DNA of 64,000 bases from Spirochaetaceae bacterium (GTDB lineage: Bacteria > Spirochaetota > Spirochaetia > DSM-27196 > PWMO01), in the NCBI GenBank assembly GCA_007693325.1, contig REDW01000115.1, positions 61,057 through 125,056 of the forward strand, read 5' to 3'. A program made the translations under genes and the position numbers. The notes beneath the pieces are model-generated. The model was not told the DNA's origin. It did no database searches and was given only the letters and a program-made list of their open reading frames with translations. Of this stretch, positions 39,101-48,563 are shown in pieces. Each line of letters begins with the position of its first letter. Positions within the stretch are counted from its first letter, which is position 1.

Positions 39101-39250
39101 GTTATCTGGGGGCCCATGGCCAGCACAATCATCTTCGGTCTGCTGTTCTCCACTATTACGGCCTTGATTATCATCCCGTGTATCTACGGCGTATTCTACG
39201 ACCGCGGCCCGGCGCGCAGCACAGGCGGCGCCAGCGAGGCACGCGCATGA
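36158..39250 (+). CDS. RND family efflux transporter permease (AcrB/HAE type)
   Basis: 1030 aa with a 12-TM architecture, two large periplasmic loops and the typical N-terminus FSVNNPVLINILMVLLLVAG. Confidence 0.95.
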   Translation: MNLGRFSVNNPVLINILMVLLLVAGYFSVTRLPQEQFSDVPFYFVNIAVPYPGVSAADIERTVTVPIENTMQGIDRVDTIRSVTTEGLSRVTLEFDQGISRQQFDRLFQEVRNRFNSVSLPDDVLQESITEFTSNDFVPVIEVVLVGEIDYAALNRAARELKTQLEQVREVSGITLVGARDRQIVIDAEPARLQGFGVSLDEIAAAVRSRNVTVPGGVLETPSRSYLLRTVGEIDRARDFDRIIVRHAADRGGVVTVGDVAAVQEGFDREGVKSRYNGRQSITLRVLKIPGGSSVDIAEAVRGRVQRFQQRSIGEGVEVFYSNDSTIQIRDSIDVLVTNALMGLVLLVVILLLFIGLRNALMTALGIPLTFAVTFIVLELTGDTLNSNTLFAMVLVLGLIVDHAIVIVENSYRLRSEGLSRHDAAIKGVNQVILPVIAATATTVAAFLPLAFLPGVIGRFLRVVPLTVTIALIASTAEAGLFIPSHFAEWPGGKKTKQAGRIFLGFQGFFVLLLRRLYRFRLVTLAVMLLVMIGSFALVGRLGQNLFAADDASLFFIDIDMPAGTPIDRTDEVVQSFEQRLIPYVGDGEVIAVRSSVGFAAGTAENVTQANVGQVVVELKPTSRGRERTVAQIMSDLELVVADIPGPEDVRVRRQATGPPTDPPVVYRLFGDSYENLMAVSDRIKAEMGQYPELFNIRDNLEQSSPELRVTVDDTIAASYGLSRQAVGNFVRGAFDGIDAGTVFTDNEETAVLVRYAQTTPAGVEQLLQRSIATTDGRMIPFSSVARVDEGDVFASIRRLDGRREVTIESEAFSTEWLRELDSEVRTLFNEQLAEQYPDVELVVGGEFAQFARVIFDILRVFLVGIFIIYTILGTQFKSYTQPLLILFSVPFAFVGVVLFLVIGGQSISTTIIYAGVALAGIAVNDTIVLISFINDLRAQGMMVGQAVIEAARIRLRPIILTSLTTIGGLIPTAIGAGGRSVIWGPMASTIIFGLLFSTITALIIIPCIYGVFYDRGPARSTGGASEARA

Positions 39251-39492
39251 ATGAGTCAACGAGGTTAGAGCTGAAGCGCAAGTACGGGCTGGTGCACGTA
39301 CCCAACCGCCACCGGACGCAGGCGTGGTGCAGCGAAGTGAAGAAGCGCATCGCCGCCGGGGAGCCGCCTGAGGCCGCCGGTGCTGCGGTGGCCGAGCGGC
39401 TGTTCCGCTACGAGTACAAGCCGCTGGCGCGCTACGCCGATGGCCCCGGTGTTGAGGCCATTATTGCTGCGGCATCAGCGTCAGTTGAATAA
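39247..39492 (+). CDS. Small soluble hypothetical protein (81 aa), translationally coupled to the RND pump
   Basis: ATG 39247 overlaps the RND stop (ATGA). Third-codon positions are GC-rich like the neighbouring genes. I see no recognisable motif. The 3' end overlaps the convergent M16 peptidase gene by 32 nt. Confidence 0.45.
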   Translation: MNESTRLELKRKYGLVHVPNRHRTQAWCSEVKKRIAAGEPPEAAGAAVAERLFRYEYKPLARYADGPGVEAIIAAASASVE

Positions 39493-42301
39493 AGCGGTTG
39501 CGGTCCAGATAGGTCTGCGCGGCCTGCAGCAGGCTTTCGGCTGACACCTCATCAACCAGCTGCGGGTATTCAAGAATGAAATCCGGTGACAGCTCGTGAA
39601 TGTAGGCTTCACGCAGGTTACTGACCCAGAAGCTGTTGGATCTCAGGTTGGTCTCGTAGCTGCGCAGCTGGGTGGTCCGCACGCGTTCCACGTAACTTTC
39701 GGCCAGTGGTTCCGCCTTGAGCTCTTCAATCACCTCAAAGCTGCGCTCGGTCAGCTCGTTCACACGTTCGGGGTCGGTAGCGAAGCTGATCTGCAGCAGG
39801 TATTCGCTCTGCGGCAGACGGATCGGCGAAGCTCCGGCGCCAACGCCGTAGGTGCCGCCCTCTTCTTCACGCAGTACTTCGCGCAGGCGCAGCCGCAGCA
39901 CTTCACCGAGTGAGCGCAGCAGATGGTTGTTGCGCCGATTCCAGTCGTGGTCTCCGTGGAACACCAGCGCAACGCGGCTCTGTGGCTCGATTCCCATCTC
40001 GAGCGTCTCGCGTACCACGCCATCGGGGCGCTCGGCACCAACATCGATGAACCGGGCTGTCTCGGGCGTTGCCGGCAGCGGCGCCAGGTACTGCTTTGTC
40101 AGCGGCAGCAGCTCTTCGGGGGAAACGTTACCCACAAACACAAACGTGGATTCGCTGAAGTCGCCAAAGATGCGCTTATAGAACTGCATTGCGCGGTCGA
40201 GCTCTACGCGCTCGAGCATCTGCGGGCCAAGCGGTTGAAAACGCGGATGATCGCTGTAATAGATCGACCGCAGACGATCGGAGAACACTGCCTCGGGCTG
40301 TCGCAAACGGTTGACAGCCTCGGTCTGGCGCCGGCGCATGAAGCTGCGAAACGACGCCTCGTCATGCCTCGGTTCGGTAGCATAGAGGTAGATCAGCTGC
40401 ATCAGGGTTTCCAGGTCTCGTGGTGACGCGCTGCCACTGAAGCCGTGCGTGAGCTCGTTGACGTAGGGGCTGAGCGAGACGCGCCGGCCGGCCAGCAGCG
40501 TGGACAGTTGTGTCGGCGAGAACTGCGCTACACCGGAGTCCTCCACAATTGAGGCCGCAAGCAGCGCCGACGGGTGATCTTGATCCGCGGCCAGCGAATG
40601 ACCGCCCATCGAGACGCTGGAAAGCTGTACCTCGTCGCTGCGGAAATCGGTCTGTTTGAGTACAACCCGCGCCCCGTTGGACAGACGCCACTCGTGGGTG
40701 TCGATCTGCTGGTGGTAGATTTCCTCGGTCACCTCGCCGGGCGAGGGTAACTCGGAGATCAGCGGCAAATCACCGACCAGCGGATCCCACGGTTCGAGCT
40801 CGGCCGCGATTGCGCGGTTAACCCGCCGGCGCAGGCGACCTTCGGTTGGCAGAGAGATATCGTCGCGCTCTACAGCGCTGACCGTGATCACGCGGTTGGT
40901 ATCCGCCAGGTAGCCGTCGGATAGTGAGTTGATCTCATTCAGTCCGATATCGGCGATCAGGTTCTGCGCCAGGCGGTACTCGTATTCGATGCCGGGAAAC
41001 GCTTCGCCGCGCAGGAAGTGGCGCGTGTACTCACCGACAAAGCTGTTAGAGTTGGTGCTGTCGCGTTCCTGGTAGGCGTTCTCGTAGGTGCGCAGCAGGC
41101 GCAACCGGGCTCGCTCGAGTTCCGGTTCGGTAAAGCCGAACCGCCGCACGCGCTCGACTTCGCGCGTTATCGCCTCCAGGCCATCGCCTATCTGATCATC
41201 TTCTACGGTTGCGCTGAGGAAGTTGGCGTGGGCCGCCCGCACCAGCATCCCGTGTCCGGCACCCGCTGAAATGAACGGCGCATCGGGGTCTTCGGCAATC
41301 TCGCGCAGGCGCGTATTCAGCATCGACGCAAACAGGCTGTGGCGCAGGCTTTCGCGGTAGTCGGCGATGGTGTTGAGGCTGCGCGGCGCGACTCGGTTGT
41401 AGACCATAACCGAACTGCGCGAGGCTTCGGGGTCGGCAGCGATCGAGTAGCGTGTCTGATCGTGGTCGGGGATACTGAAGAGCTCGCGGCGGCGCGCGGC
41501 ACTGTGCGCCCCGATAGGCTCAAAGTAGCGGCGAATATGATCTTCGATCACGTCGGCGTCAAAATCCCCAACGGCTACCACGGCCATCAGCTCGGGACGG
41601 TACCAGTCGTAGTAGAAGCGGCGCAGCGTGTCATATTCAGCGTTCATGACGATGTCCATGTCGCCGATCGGCAGCCGTTCGGCGTACCTCGACCCCTCAA
41701 AAATCACCGGAAAGTGCTGGTCGCGCAGGCGCGCCTGCGCTCCGCGGCCTACGCGCCACTCCTCGTAGATCACACCGCGTTCGCGGTCGATAGCGTCTTC
41801 TTCAAAACTGACCTGATGTGCCCACTGTTCGAGGACGTGGAAGCCCTGTTCAACCAACTCGGGCCGGTCGGTTGGCACCTGCAGCATGTAGACGGTTTCT
41901 TCGAAGCTGGTGTAGGCGTTGACGTCGGGTCCAAAGCGCATACCGAGCGACTCGAGGTACTGCACTATCTCGCTGCCCTCAAACTCTGCTGTGCCGCGAA
42001 ACGCCATATGCTCTACGAAGTGGGCCAGCCCCAGCTGGTCTTCATCTTCCTGCATCGAGCCGGCGTTGACCACCAGGCGCAGAAACGCGCGATTCTCCGG
42101 CTCGGCGTTTTCCCGGATGTAGTAGGTGAGTCCGTTAGCCAGACGCCCGATGCGAACCGCCGGGTCGTGCGGCAGCAGTGTTTGCGTGACCGCGGGGTCA
42201 AGCGCACGCGTCGGCTCCCCAAGACCGGCTGCAGGCAGCCGAAGCGCGACCAGTGCCAATACCAGCAGCGGCAGCAGTAGCTTGTGTCTGAATGCTCTCA
42301 T
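39461..42301 (-). CDS. Secreted M16 (pitrilysin/insulinase) family zinc peptidase, double-length
   Basis: ATG 42301 gives the signal peptide MRAFRHKLLLPLLVLALVALRLPAAG. The inverted zinc motif HFVEHMAF is present, and the length is 946 aa. Confidence 0.85.
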   Translation of the reverse strand: MRAFRHKLLLPLLVLALVALRLPAAGLGEPTRALDPAVTQTLLPHDPAVRIGRLANGLTYYIRENAEPENRAFLRLVVNAGSMQEDEDQLGLAHFVEHMAFRGTAEFEGSEIVQYLESLGMRFGPDVNAYTSFEETVYMLQVPTDRPELVEQGFHVLEQWAHQVSFEEDAIDRERGVIYEEWRVGRGAQARLRDQHFPVIFEGSRYAERLPIGDMDIVMNAEYDTLRRFYYDWYRPELMAVVAVGDFDADVIEDHIRRYFEPIGAHSAARRRELFSIPDHDQTRYSIAADPEASRSSVMVYNRVAPRSLNTIADYRESLRHSLFASMLNTRLREIAEDPDAPFISAGAGHGMLVRAAHANFLSATVEDDQIGDGLEAITREVERVRRFGFTEPELERARLRLLRTYENAYQERDSTNSNSFVGEYTRHFLRGEAFPGIEYEYRLAQNLIADIGLNEINSLSDGYLADTNRVITVSAVERDDISLPTEGRLRRRVNRAIAAELEPWDPLVGDLPLISELPSPGEVTEEIYHQQIDTHEWRLSNGARVVLKQTDFRSDEVQLSSVSMGGHSLAADQDHPSALLAASIVEDSGVAQFSPTQLSTLLAGRRVSLSPYVNELTHGFSGSASPRDLETLMQLIYLYATEPRHDEASFRSFMRRRQTEAVNRLRQPEAVFSDRLRSIYYSDHPRFQPLGPQMLERVELDRAMQFYKRIFGDFSESTFVFVGNVSPEELLPLTKQYLAPLPATPETARFIDVGAERPDGVVRETLEMGIEPQSRVALVFHGDHDWNRRNNHLLRSLGEVLRLRLREVLREEEGGTYGVGAGASPIRLPQSEYLLQISFATDPERVNELTERSFEVIEELKAEPLAESYVERVRTTQLRSYETNLRSNSFWVSNLREAYIHELSPDFILEYPQLVDEVSAESLLQAAQTYLDRNRFIQLTLMPQQ

Positions 42302-42470
42302 AGTCTCAAAGATATGCCACCCCACGGCTGCGGGCAAGCTCTGCGCTGATATGCGGCAGCAAAAAACAATTTCGGCACCACTGTTTACAAAACGCCCCGA
42401 ATGCGCTATTCTGAAACTCAACTAATTCAGTTGTGTTAGTTATAAAACGGAGCGGGAATAAGGATTGGGC

Positions 42471-43388
42471 ATGAATGCTGGAATTGCCGGGCTTGTTGGC
42501 AACACCCCGATGGTACCGCTGGCGCGGCTTGACAGCGGGCTTGGGGCCGAAGTGTGGGCCAAGCTCGAGTCGCATAATCCGCTGTCGAGCGTCAAGGACC
42601 GCATCGGGCTGGCGATGATCGAAGCTGCCGAGCGCGACGGGCTGCTTACGCCGGGTGCCACTATCGTTGAAGCTACCAGCGGTAACACCGGTATCGCGCT
42701 GGCGTACCTGGGCGCTGCCAAGGGCTACCGCGTGGCGCTGACGATGCCCGACACCATGAGCACCGAACGCCGTCGCCTGCTCGCCGCCTTTGGTGCCGAG
42801 CTGGTGCTGACGCCGGGGCACGAAGGCATGAACGGCGCAATTGCGGCCGCTGAAGCGATTGTGCGGCGGACCCCGGGTGCCTTCCTGGCGCGTCAGTTTG
42901 ATAATCCGGCCAATCCGGAGGTGCATTACCTCACCACCGCCGAGGAGATCTGGCGCGACAGCGCCGGAGCGGTTGATATCTTTGTGGCCGGTGTGGGCAC
43001 CGGTGGCACAATAACCGGTGTCTCGCGGCGGTTGAAGCAGCTCAAACCGTCCTACCGCGCGGTGGCCGTTGAACCGCAGGAATCCGCGGTGCTGTCGGGC
43101 GGACAGCCCGGACCACACAAGATTCAGGGGATTGGCGCCGGTTTTGTTCCGCGTGTGCTCGATCGCAGCCTGATCGACGAGATTGTCACCGTTTCCGCAG
43201 AGGACGCCACACGCGCGGCGCGTGCGCTCGCGCGCAGCGAGGGCATCCTCGGGGGCGTTTCGGCAGGTGCCAACGTGCACGCCGCGCTGCAACTTGCCGC
43301 GCGCCCGCAGAATCAGGGCAAAGTTATAGTAACGGTAATCTGTGATTCCGGGGAACGATATCTGAGTACATGGCTCTGGGAGCAATAG
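42471..43388 (+). CDS. cysK: Cysteine synthase A (O-acetylserine sulfhydrylase)
   Basis: [15 protein letters not shown] and [13 protein letters not shown]-enzyme motifs. ATG 42471 lies 6 nt after TAAGGA. Confidence 0.9.
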   Translation: MNAGIAGLVGNTPMVPLARLDSGLGAEVWAKLESHNPLSSVKDRIGLAMIEAAERDGLLTPGATIVEATSGNTGIALAYLGAAKGYRVALTMPDTMSTERRRLLAAFGAELVLTPGHEGMNGAIAAAEAIVRRTPGAFLARQFDNPANPEVHYLTTAEEIWRDSAGAVDIFVAGVGTGGTITGVSRRLKQLKPSYRAVAVEPQESAVLSGGQPGPHKIQGIGAGFVPRVLDRSLIDEIVTVSAEDATRAARALARSEGILGGVSAGANVHAALQLAARPQNQGKVIVTVICDSGERYLSTWLWEQ

Positions 43389-43398
43389 GAGGAAAAGT

Positions 43399-44679
43399 AT
43401 GAACAGCAGTCATCTGGAGACACTGGCGCTGCACGCCGGCCATCAGAGGTCCAGCGAGAACCCGAGCGCCGCGATTGCGATCAATCGCACCACCGCTTAC
43501 AACTTCCAGAATACCGAGCACGCGGCAAATCTGTTTGCGCTGAAGGAGCTCGGCTACATCTACACCCGGATTATGAATCCGACTCAGGATGTCCTCGAGC
43601 AGCGCATAGCCGCCATGGAGGGCGGTGCCGCCGCACTGGCGCTGGCTTCCGGTACCTCGGCGGTGTTCTATTCCATAATCAATATCTGCACCGCCGGCGA
43701 TGAGGTGGTCTCCAGCAGCCATCTCTACGGCGGCACGTTTACAATGTTCAACAACATCCTGCCGGACTACGGTATCACGGTCAGGTTTGTCGATCCGCTG
43801 GATCTCAATGCCATCAAAGCCGCCATCAACGACAAGACGCGCGCGGTCTTTCTGGAGACCATCGGCAACCCTGCGTTGAGTGTACCCGACCTGGAAGCGG
43901 TGGCGGCTGTGGCTCACGACCATCGGTTGCCGTTGATCGTGGACGCTACCTTTACCACCCCGGCGCTGCTGAAGACGATAGACTACGGTGCAGACATCGT
44001 GGTGAATTCGCTGACCAAGTGGATTGGCGGCCACGGAACCGGTATCGGCGGTGTAGTCATCGATGCCGGACGCTTTGACTGGAGTGACCCGAAGTTCAGA
44101 ACCATGAACGAGCCTGACAGCAGCTATAACGGCCTGCGCTTTGCCCACGATCTGGGGCCGCTGAATCCTATCGGCTACATTCTGCGTATGCGCGTGATAC
44201 CGCTGCGCAACCTGGGAGCCGCTATCTCGCCGGACAACGCCTGGATCTTTCTGCAGGGCATGGAGACGCTGGCGTTGCGCATGGAGCGCCACAGTCAGAA
44301 TGCGCTCAAGGTGGCCGAGTTTCTGCAGAAGCATCCCAAGGTCGAGTGGGTGAACTATCCGGGACTGGCCGGCCATCCGACTCACGCCAACGCCAGAAAG
44401 TACCTGCAGCGCGGCTACGGCGGTATGGTGGTCTTCGGCATCTCCGGTGGCCGACCGGCCGGCGAAAAGTTCATTAATTCGTTGGAGATGATTCTGCATC
44501 TCGCCAACGTCGGCGACGCCAAGAGCCTTGCCATCCATCCGGCCAGTACCACCCATTCGCAGATGAGCGAAGAGCAGCAACGCGCCGCCGGTCTCCCGCC
44601 GGAGATGGTACGGTTGTCGATCGGGATTGAGCATATCGACGACATAATTGCCGAACTCGATCGCGCGCTCAACCTCTGA
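43399..44679 (+). CDS. metY: O-acetylhomoserine/O-acetylserine sulfhydrylase (Cys/Met-metabolism PLP enzyme)
   Basis: YTRIMNPT, the SLTKWIGGHG PLP-lysine motif and a 426-aa length. A GGAGG SD is present. Confidence 0.9.
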   Translation: MNSSHLETLALHAGHQRSSENPSAAIAINRTTAYNFQNTEHAANLFALKELGYIYTRIMNPTQDVLEQRIAAMEGGAAALALASGTSAVFYSIINICTAGDEVVSSSHLYGGTFTMFNNILPDYGITVRFVDPLDLNAIKAAINDKTRAVFLETIGNPALSVPDLEAVAAVAHDHRLPLIVDATFTTPALLKTIDYGADIVVNSLTKWIGGHGTGIGGVVIDAGRFDWSDPKFRTMNEPDSSYNGLRFAHDLGPLNPIGYILRMRVIPLRNLGAAISPDNAWIFLQGMETLALRMERHSQNALKVAEFLQKHPKVEWVNYPGLAGHPTHANARKYLQRGYGGMVVFGISGGRPAGEKFINSLEMILHLANVGDAKSLAIHPASTTHSQMSEEQQRAAGLPPEMVRLSIGIEHIDDIIAELDRALNL

Positions 44680-44684
44680 GCCAC

Positions 44685-45386
44685 TCAGCGGCGCCACCTG
44701 TGCCAGCGTCCGCCGATCAGCAGGTCGTAGGGGTGATAGTTGGCCTTGTACGACATCGACGGACAGCCGGGTACAAAGAACCCCAGATAGAGCCACTCTT
44801 TGTTCAGCTGCGCAGCCAGCTCGATTTCGCGTAGCACCGAGAATACCCCCAGGCTGCGCGCGGCGTAGTGCGGATCGAACACATAGTAGACGCTCGAGAG
44901 CCCACGCGGCAGGACATCTACCCAGCCGGCACCGATCAGTTGTGCACCGAGACGGTAGCGCATCACCAGTGACGGCACCGGCGCGTTGCACAGGAATCGC
45001 ACGAAGGATTGCCGCGCCTGCTCTTCGGGTTGCTTATCGTGGTGCCGGGCGCGCTGATACTCAACGTAGAGTGCAAACAGGTCTTCGTCGGCAGCCGGAT
45101 CGTGTATGCTCACGTGTAGGTCGGCGTTCTTACGTTGCACGCGGCGTTGCGAGCGGCTTGGCCGGAAACGCTGTACGTGAGTGCGGATTGGAATGCACAG
45201 CGTGCAGCCGGGGCAACGGTTCTGATACAATACCGGACCGCTGCGGCGCCAGCCGGCATCGATCAGAGCTTCGTAGACCGCAGCCGGAAGACGCTCTGCT
45301 GCAAACGCCTGCGTCAGCCAGTGACGGTTGGGAAGGTAGGGGCAGGGGCCCTGGTCGATTGCGTGTATCAGCTCGTTCGGTTCCAT
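44685..45386 (-). CDS. bpt: Arginyl/leucyl-tRNA--protein transferase of the Ate1/Bpt family (N-end rule)
   Basis: Only the last 233 codons of ORF 44685..46538 are used. The sequence is CPYLPNR...GWRRSG...YQNRCPGC..C.PIR, then the C-terminal GAGWVDVLPRGLSSVYYVFDP...SLGVFSVLREIELA. Confidence 0.85.
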   Translation of the reverse strand: MEPNELIHAIDQGPCPYLPNRHWLTQAFAAERLPAAVYEALIDAGWRRSGPVLYQNRCPGCTLCIPIRTHVQRFRPSRSQRRVQRKNADLHVSIHDPAADEDLFALYVEYQRARHHDKQPEEQARQSFVRFLCNAPVPSLVMRYRLGAQLIGAGWVDVLPRGLSSVYYVFDPHYAARSLGVFSVLREIELAAQLNKEWLYLGFFVPGCPSMSYKANYHPYDLLIGGRWHRWRR

Positions 45387-45419
45387 CTGGCGCGGTTTTA
45401 TTCTATAACAAGAGATGAG

Positions 45420-47345
45420 ATGAAAAAACCGCCGCAGCCTGACCGGCCCGCCTCGGCGAGGGTTGATTATCAGGTATTCTCGCACCAATTCGTCGCGCGG
45501 CTGTCGCGGGCGTTGCGCAAAGAGTCCTGGGGCCGTACTGCAATTCAGCTGGCCTGGACGGCAGGGCCGGTGACCTACCTGGCTCTCAACGGTGGTTACT
45601 ACATCGGATTCGGCAGGCTGGCGCCGCCGGAGCTGTTCTTCTACTTTGGCGGTTACACGGTAATAGCGGGACTGTTTGCCGTACTGGTGCGCGTTGGCTA
45701 CAACGTGGTGCGGGGCGGCGAGCACGAGCGCATGCAGAGCGCGCTGACCGAGGTAATGGGCGATATTCCGCGCCTGATCTCGGTGGTCAGAAACCGCAAT
45801 CTGGAAGCCTACGAGGCTGATGATCGGGTATTCCTGGCAGCAAAATACCTGCTGGACAACACCGATGCTTCGGAACAGGCAATCCGCCAGGCGTTGCTCG
45901 ATCTGACCGGAGACAATACACTGGCCGACGCCGTACGTTCGATTGAGATTTTCCGGCGTGCCGGATTGTTTGCCCGTGTGCAGGATATGCAGCAGGCCGT
46001 CGGTGAGAGGCTGGCGCTGGTGCTGCCGCGGATCGAGCAACGTTCGCTGGCTGTGGCAGAGGAAGTTCGGCGTAGATTGGCCGGTATTGTTCCCAATAAG
46101 CGGCAGGGTCGCGCCAGAACCGAGGGATTCATTGAGCGCGTGCTTTCGGCCGGTGAGCACGACAGCTACGATCTGATGAGCCTCTCCGACGTGGAGGAGC
46201 TGTTCACGCTGGGGTTTGAGCTTCTGGCCGGGCGTCTGTACACCTGGTTCTCGCTGCAGTACGTAGGCCACTCGGCCCTGCGCGATGTTGACCACCGTTA
46301 TGAGCGGGCGCGCCGCGAACTGCGCGAGGCTATTCACGTGCGCAACAGCCGCCTGCGGATCCTGGCTGAGTTTCTCAACGAGTCCGAATCTATCAACCGC
46401 GTTCCGGCGGCGATTCCGGTGATCCTGGCGGTGGCCGAGGTGTATCGCAACGTGCAGGGCGCGGTCGATGGAATCGTGCACGAAATCCAGCAGCGCGAGA
46501 ACGCCAGGCAGACGCGGTTCAGCGCCGACGAGCTGCATTCGTATCGCACGCTATTGCGGTTGTGGGAGGCGCTTCACCGGGCCAACGAAGCCGTCAACCG
46601 CCGTCGTGCGGCGCTGGCGCGTAGTATCAGGGATTACGAGAAGGTGCTGCGTTCGTCGCGCCGGGCACAGGCACTGCGTATCCTGGCGCCGGGCGAGACC
46701 GGCAACGGGGTTCGACTGACGCCGCGCGAGGTGCAGCTGTCTGCCCGGGAACGGATGCGCATGGCCTTGCGCATGTCAGAAATGCTGAGCGATGTCACGG
46801 CTCAAAGCCGATTCTTACGTACCACGCTGCTCGACAGCTTTGCAAGCGGTGTTGAGCTCACCAATGACGGCTACAAGCACCTGGCGATAGCGATGGCTAT
46901 AGAGCTTGATCAGTTGATCGCGCTCGGTAACGGCGAGCTTCAGTCGGCGATCGAGGCCTCCGCGGCGGCCAACGTTGGCTCGGTTGAGGCGGGGCTGTCA
47001 CGCGAAACGCGCATCGGGTGGGGCGTTGCGCTGGTGCGCGACGTTCGCGACGACGTTGGAATGGCCGTCGGGCGGCTGGTTTCAAGCCTGGCGTACTACC
47101 ATGGCATGCAGATCACCGATCAGGCGGTAAGCTATCTTGTGAAGCAGTTTGGAGCCCAGGAAACCCTGCTACGCCGTTTTTCTGCCGGGCAGGCCACAAC
47201 GGATCCGGCTCACCTGCCGGCGGTGCTGGAGCGGCTCGAGCCGCAGTTCCTGGATGTGCGCCCGCTGCCGCGCTCACACTACGCAATCGCCGACCGGATG
47301 CAGCGGCGCGTTCAGGGATCTGCGCATCATACGTCCAGCGAGTGA
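45420..47345 (+). CDS. Large hypothetical protein with two N-terminal TM helices and a long helical domain
   Basis: 641 aa from ATG 45420. TM segments AIQLAWTAGPVTYLALNGGYYIGFG and LFFYFGGYTVIAGLFAVLVRVGY. I see no recognisable catalytic motif. Confidence 0.55.
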   Translation: MKKPPQPDRPASARVDYQVFSHQFVARLSRALRKESWGRTAIQLAWTAGPVTYLALNGGYYIGFGRLAPPELFFYFGGYTVIAGLFAVLVRVGYNVVRGGEHERMQSALTEVMGDIPRLISVVRNRNLEAYEADDRVFLAAKYLLDNTDASEQAIRQALLDLTGDNTLADAVRSIEIFRRAGLFARVQDMQQAVGERLALVLPRIEQRSLAVAEEVRRRLAGIVPNKRQGRARTEGFIERVLSAGEHDSYDLMSLSDVEELFTLGFELLAGRLYTWFSLQYVGHSALRDVDHRYERARRELREAIHVRNSRLRILAEFLNESESINRVPAAIPVILAVAEVYRNVQGAVDGIVHEIQQRENARQTRFSADELHSYRTLLRLWEALHRANEAVNRRRAALARSIRDYEKVLRSSRRAQALRILAPGETGNGVRLTPREVQLSARERMRMALRMSEMLSDVTAQSRFLRTTLLDSFASGVELTNDGYKHLAIAMAIELDQLIALGNGELQSAIEASAAANVGSVEAGLSRETRIGWGVALVRDVRDDVGMAVGRLVSSLAYYHGMQITDQAVSYLVKQFGAQETLLRRFSAGQATTDPAHLPAVLERLEPQFLDVRPLPRSHYAIADRMQRRVQGSAHHTSSE

Positions 47346-48502
47346 CTCAATCGTGACAGGAGCTCGTTCTCGACCGGATCCGCCGGATCGAGCTCGCAGA
47401 CCGAGTGCAGCACGTGCGTGATTCCGCGCGGCAGGTCCTGCTCGAGAAAGCGCTGGTCGGACGGGTAGAGTTGCCCCGACTCGTCACGGGCCCTGAATCT
47501 CAGCGCTGCAGCGGTAGCCTCCATGATGCGGTCGTAGGCACACTCCATGCGCTGCGCCAGCAGCATTGCACCTAACATGCGGTCGCTCTTGTGCAGCTTG
47601 CGCGGCAGGTCGCGACCAACGCGGTAGACGGTATCACCCAGAGACCGGTTGGCAAATCGGCTCAGAAGATCATTGATGTGTTCTTCGAGTCCTTCGGGAT
47701 CGAGGTCATTGGGGTATGTGCGCGCAAGTGCTGCAGCCGACTGCTGCATTGCCGCGCGAACCGTGCGCTGAACGCTCTCCATTTCGAGTGCCTGCCACAG
47801 GAAGAGCAGATCGGGATTCTCGCGGTAGCCGAGGTAGGCACAGGCGGCGTGTCCCATGTTGTGGACAAACAGCTTGCGGTCAACGTAGGCGGTTATGTTA
47901 TCAACGGCCGTGATTCCGGCTACCGCCGGCACCGGACCGCGGAAGCCGAGCCGATCCAGGATCAGGGTATTGTACGGTTCAGCGAATACCTGCAGCGGAT
48001 CGGCCTCGCGATCATCCTCGGTCATAAGCGGGACCATCTTGCCGATACTGGTCTCGACCACACCGGTACGCGACAGTACCGCGGAATCGTGCGGCAGGTG
48101 TCGCTGGAGCTGTTGCCGTACCACTGTGGCGCCGTTGCGGATATTCTCGGCAAGGATGATGCTGACCGAACTTCTGCGCAGCTGCAGTCCCTCGGCAACC
48201 ATCTCGGAGACACGCGGCAGGGCGCCTGTTCCCACCGAAGTTGCGATCAGATCTGCGCTGCGCACCGCTTCAATCACCGATTTGCGGTCCGTGCCGTTGA
48301 TTGCGTCAACGCCGGTCACCTCGATGCGCTCTTCGCGGCCGTCGGGGTGTTTGATGATTACCGGGTAGCAGCGGCGCCGGTTGAGCTCCGCTACAATCTG
48401 CTCATCGATATCAACAAAGGTAACCGCCCACCCGGCGCGGGCGAATAACTGCCCGATAAACGACCGACCGATGTTGCCGGCACCAAACTGCAGTAGTTTC
48501 AT
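47327..48502 (-). CDS. mtlD: Mannitol dehydrogenase family protein (mannitol-1-phosphate 5-dehydrogenase-like)
   Basis: ATG 48502 gives MKLLQFGAGNIGRSFIGQLFARAGW (Rossmann). The mid-region DRKLFVHNMGHAACAYLGY is typical of MtlD. Confidence 0.75.
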   Translation of the reverse strand: MKLLQFGAGNIGRSFIGQLFARAGWAVTFVDIDEQIVAELNRRRCYPVIIKHPDGREERIEVTGVDAINGTDRKSVIEAVRSADLIATSVGTGALPRVSEMVAEGLQLRRSSVSIILAENIRNGATVVRQQLQRHLPHDSAVLSRTGVVETSIGKMVPLMTEDDREADPLQVFAEPYNTLILDRLGFRGPVPAVAGITAVDNITAYVDRKLFVHNMGHAACAYLGYRENPDLLFLWQALEMESVQRTVRAAMQQSAAALARTYPNDLDPEGLEEHINDLLSRFANRSLGDTVYRVGRDLPRKLHKSDRMLGAMLLAQRMECAYDRIMEATAAALRFRARDESGQLYPSDQRFLEQDLPRGITHVLHSVCELDPADPVENELLSRLSHSLDV

Positions 48503-48563
48503 AATGAAATTGAGTATACGCGAGTATAGCGCAAAACGGCAATCGGCCTTATACTGGTGTATT

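Noticed and set aside
37580-39259. 559-aa ORF antisense to the RND permease gene. Similar cases are 62389..63909(-), 43324..44991(-), 15201..16280(-), 17161..18093(-) and 19016..20107(-).
   Set aside because: Each lies entirely opposite a gene with strong family motifs. The translations are Arg/Ala/Gly/Pro-rich low-information sequence typical of shadow ORFs in GC-rich DNA, and none has a recognisable motif or SD.
42302-42470. Possible SAM or other riboswitch/T-box leader upstream of cysK-metY.
   Set aside because: I could not find the conserved helices or core motifs of SAM-I, SAM-II or T-box leaders. The region is short and contains only a plausible promoter (TTTACA-17-TATTCT) and an SD.
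45387-46538. N-terminal 384 codons of the 617-aa ORF 44685..46538(-).
   Set aside because: Only the last 233 codons (from ATG 45386) match the Ate1/Bpt transferase family. The upstream part is antisense to the better-supported 641-aa plus-strand gene and reads as low-complexity sequence.
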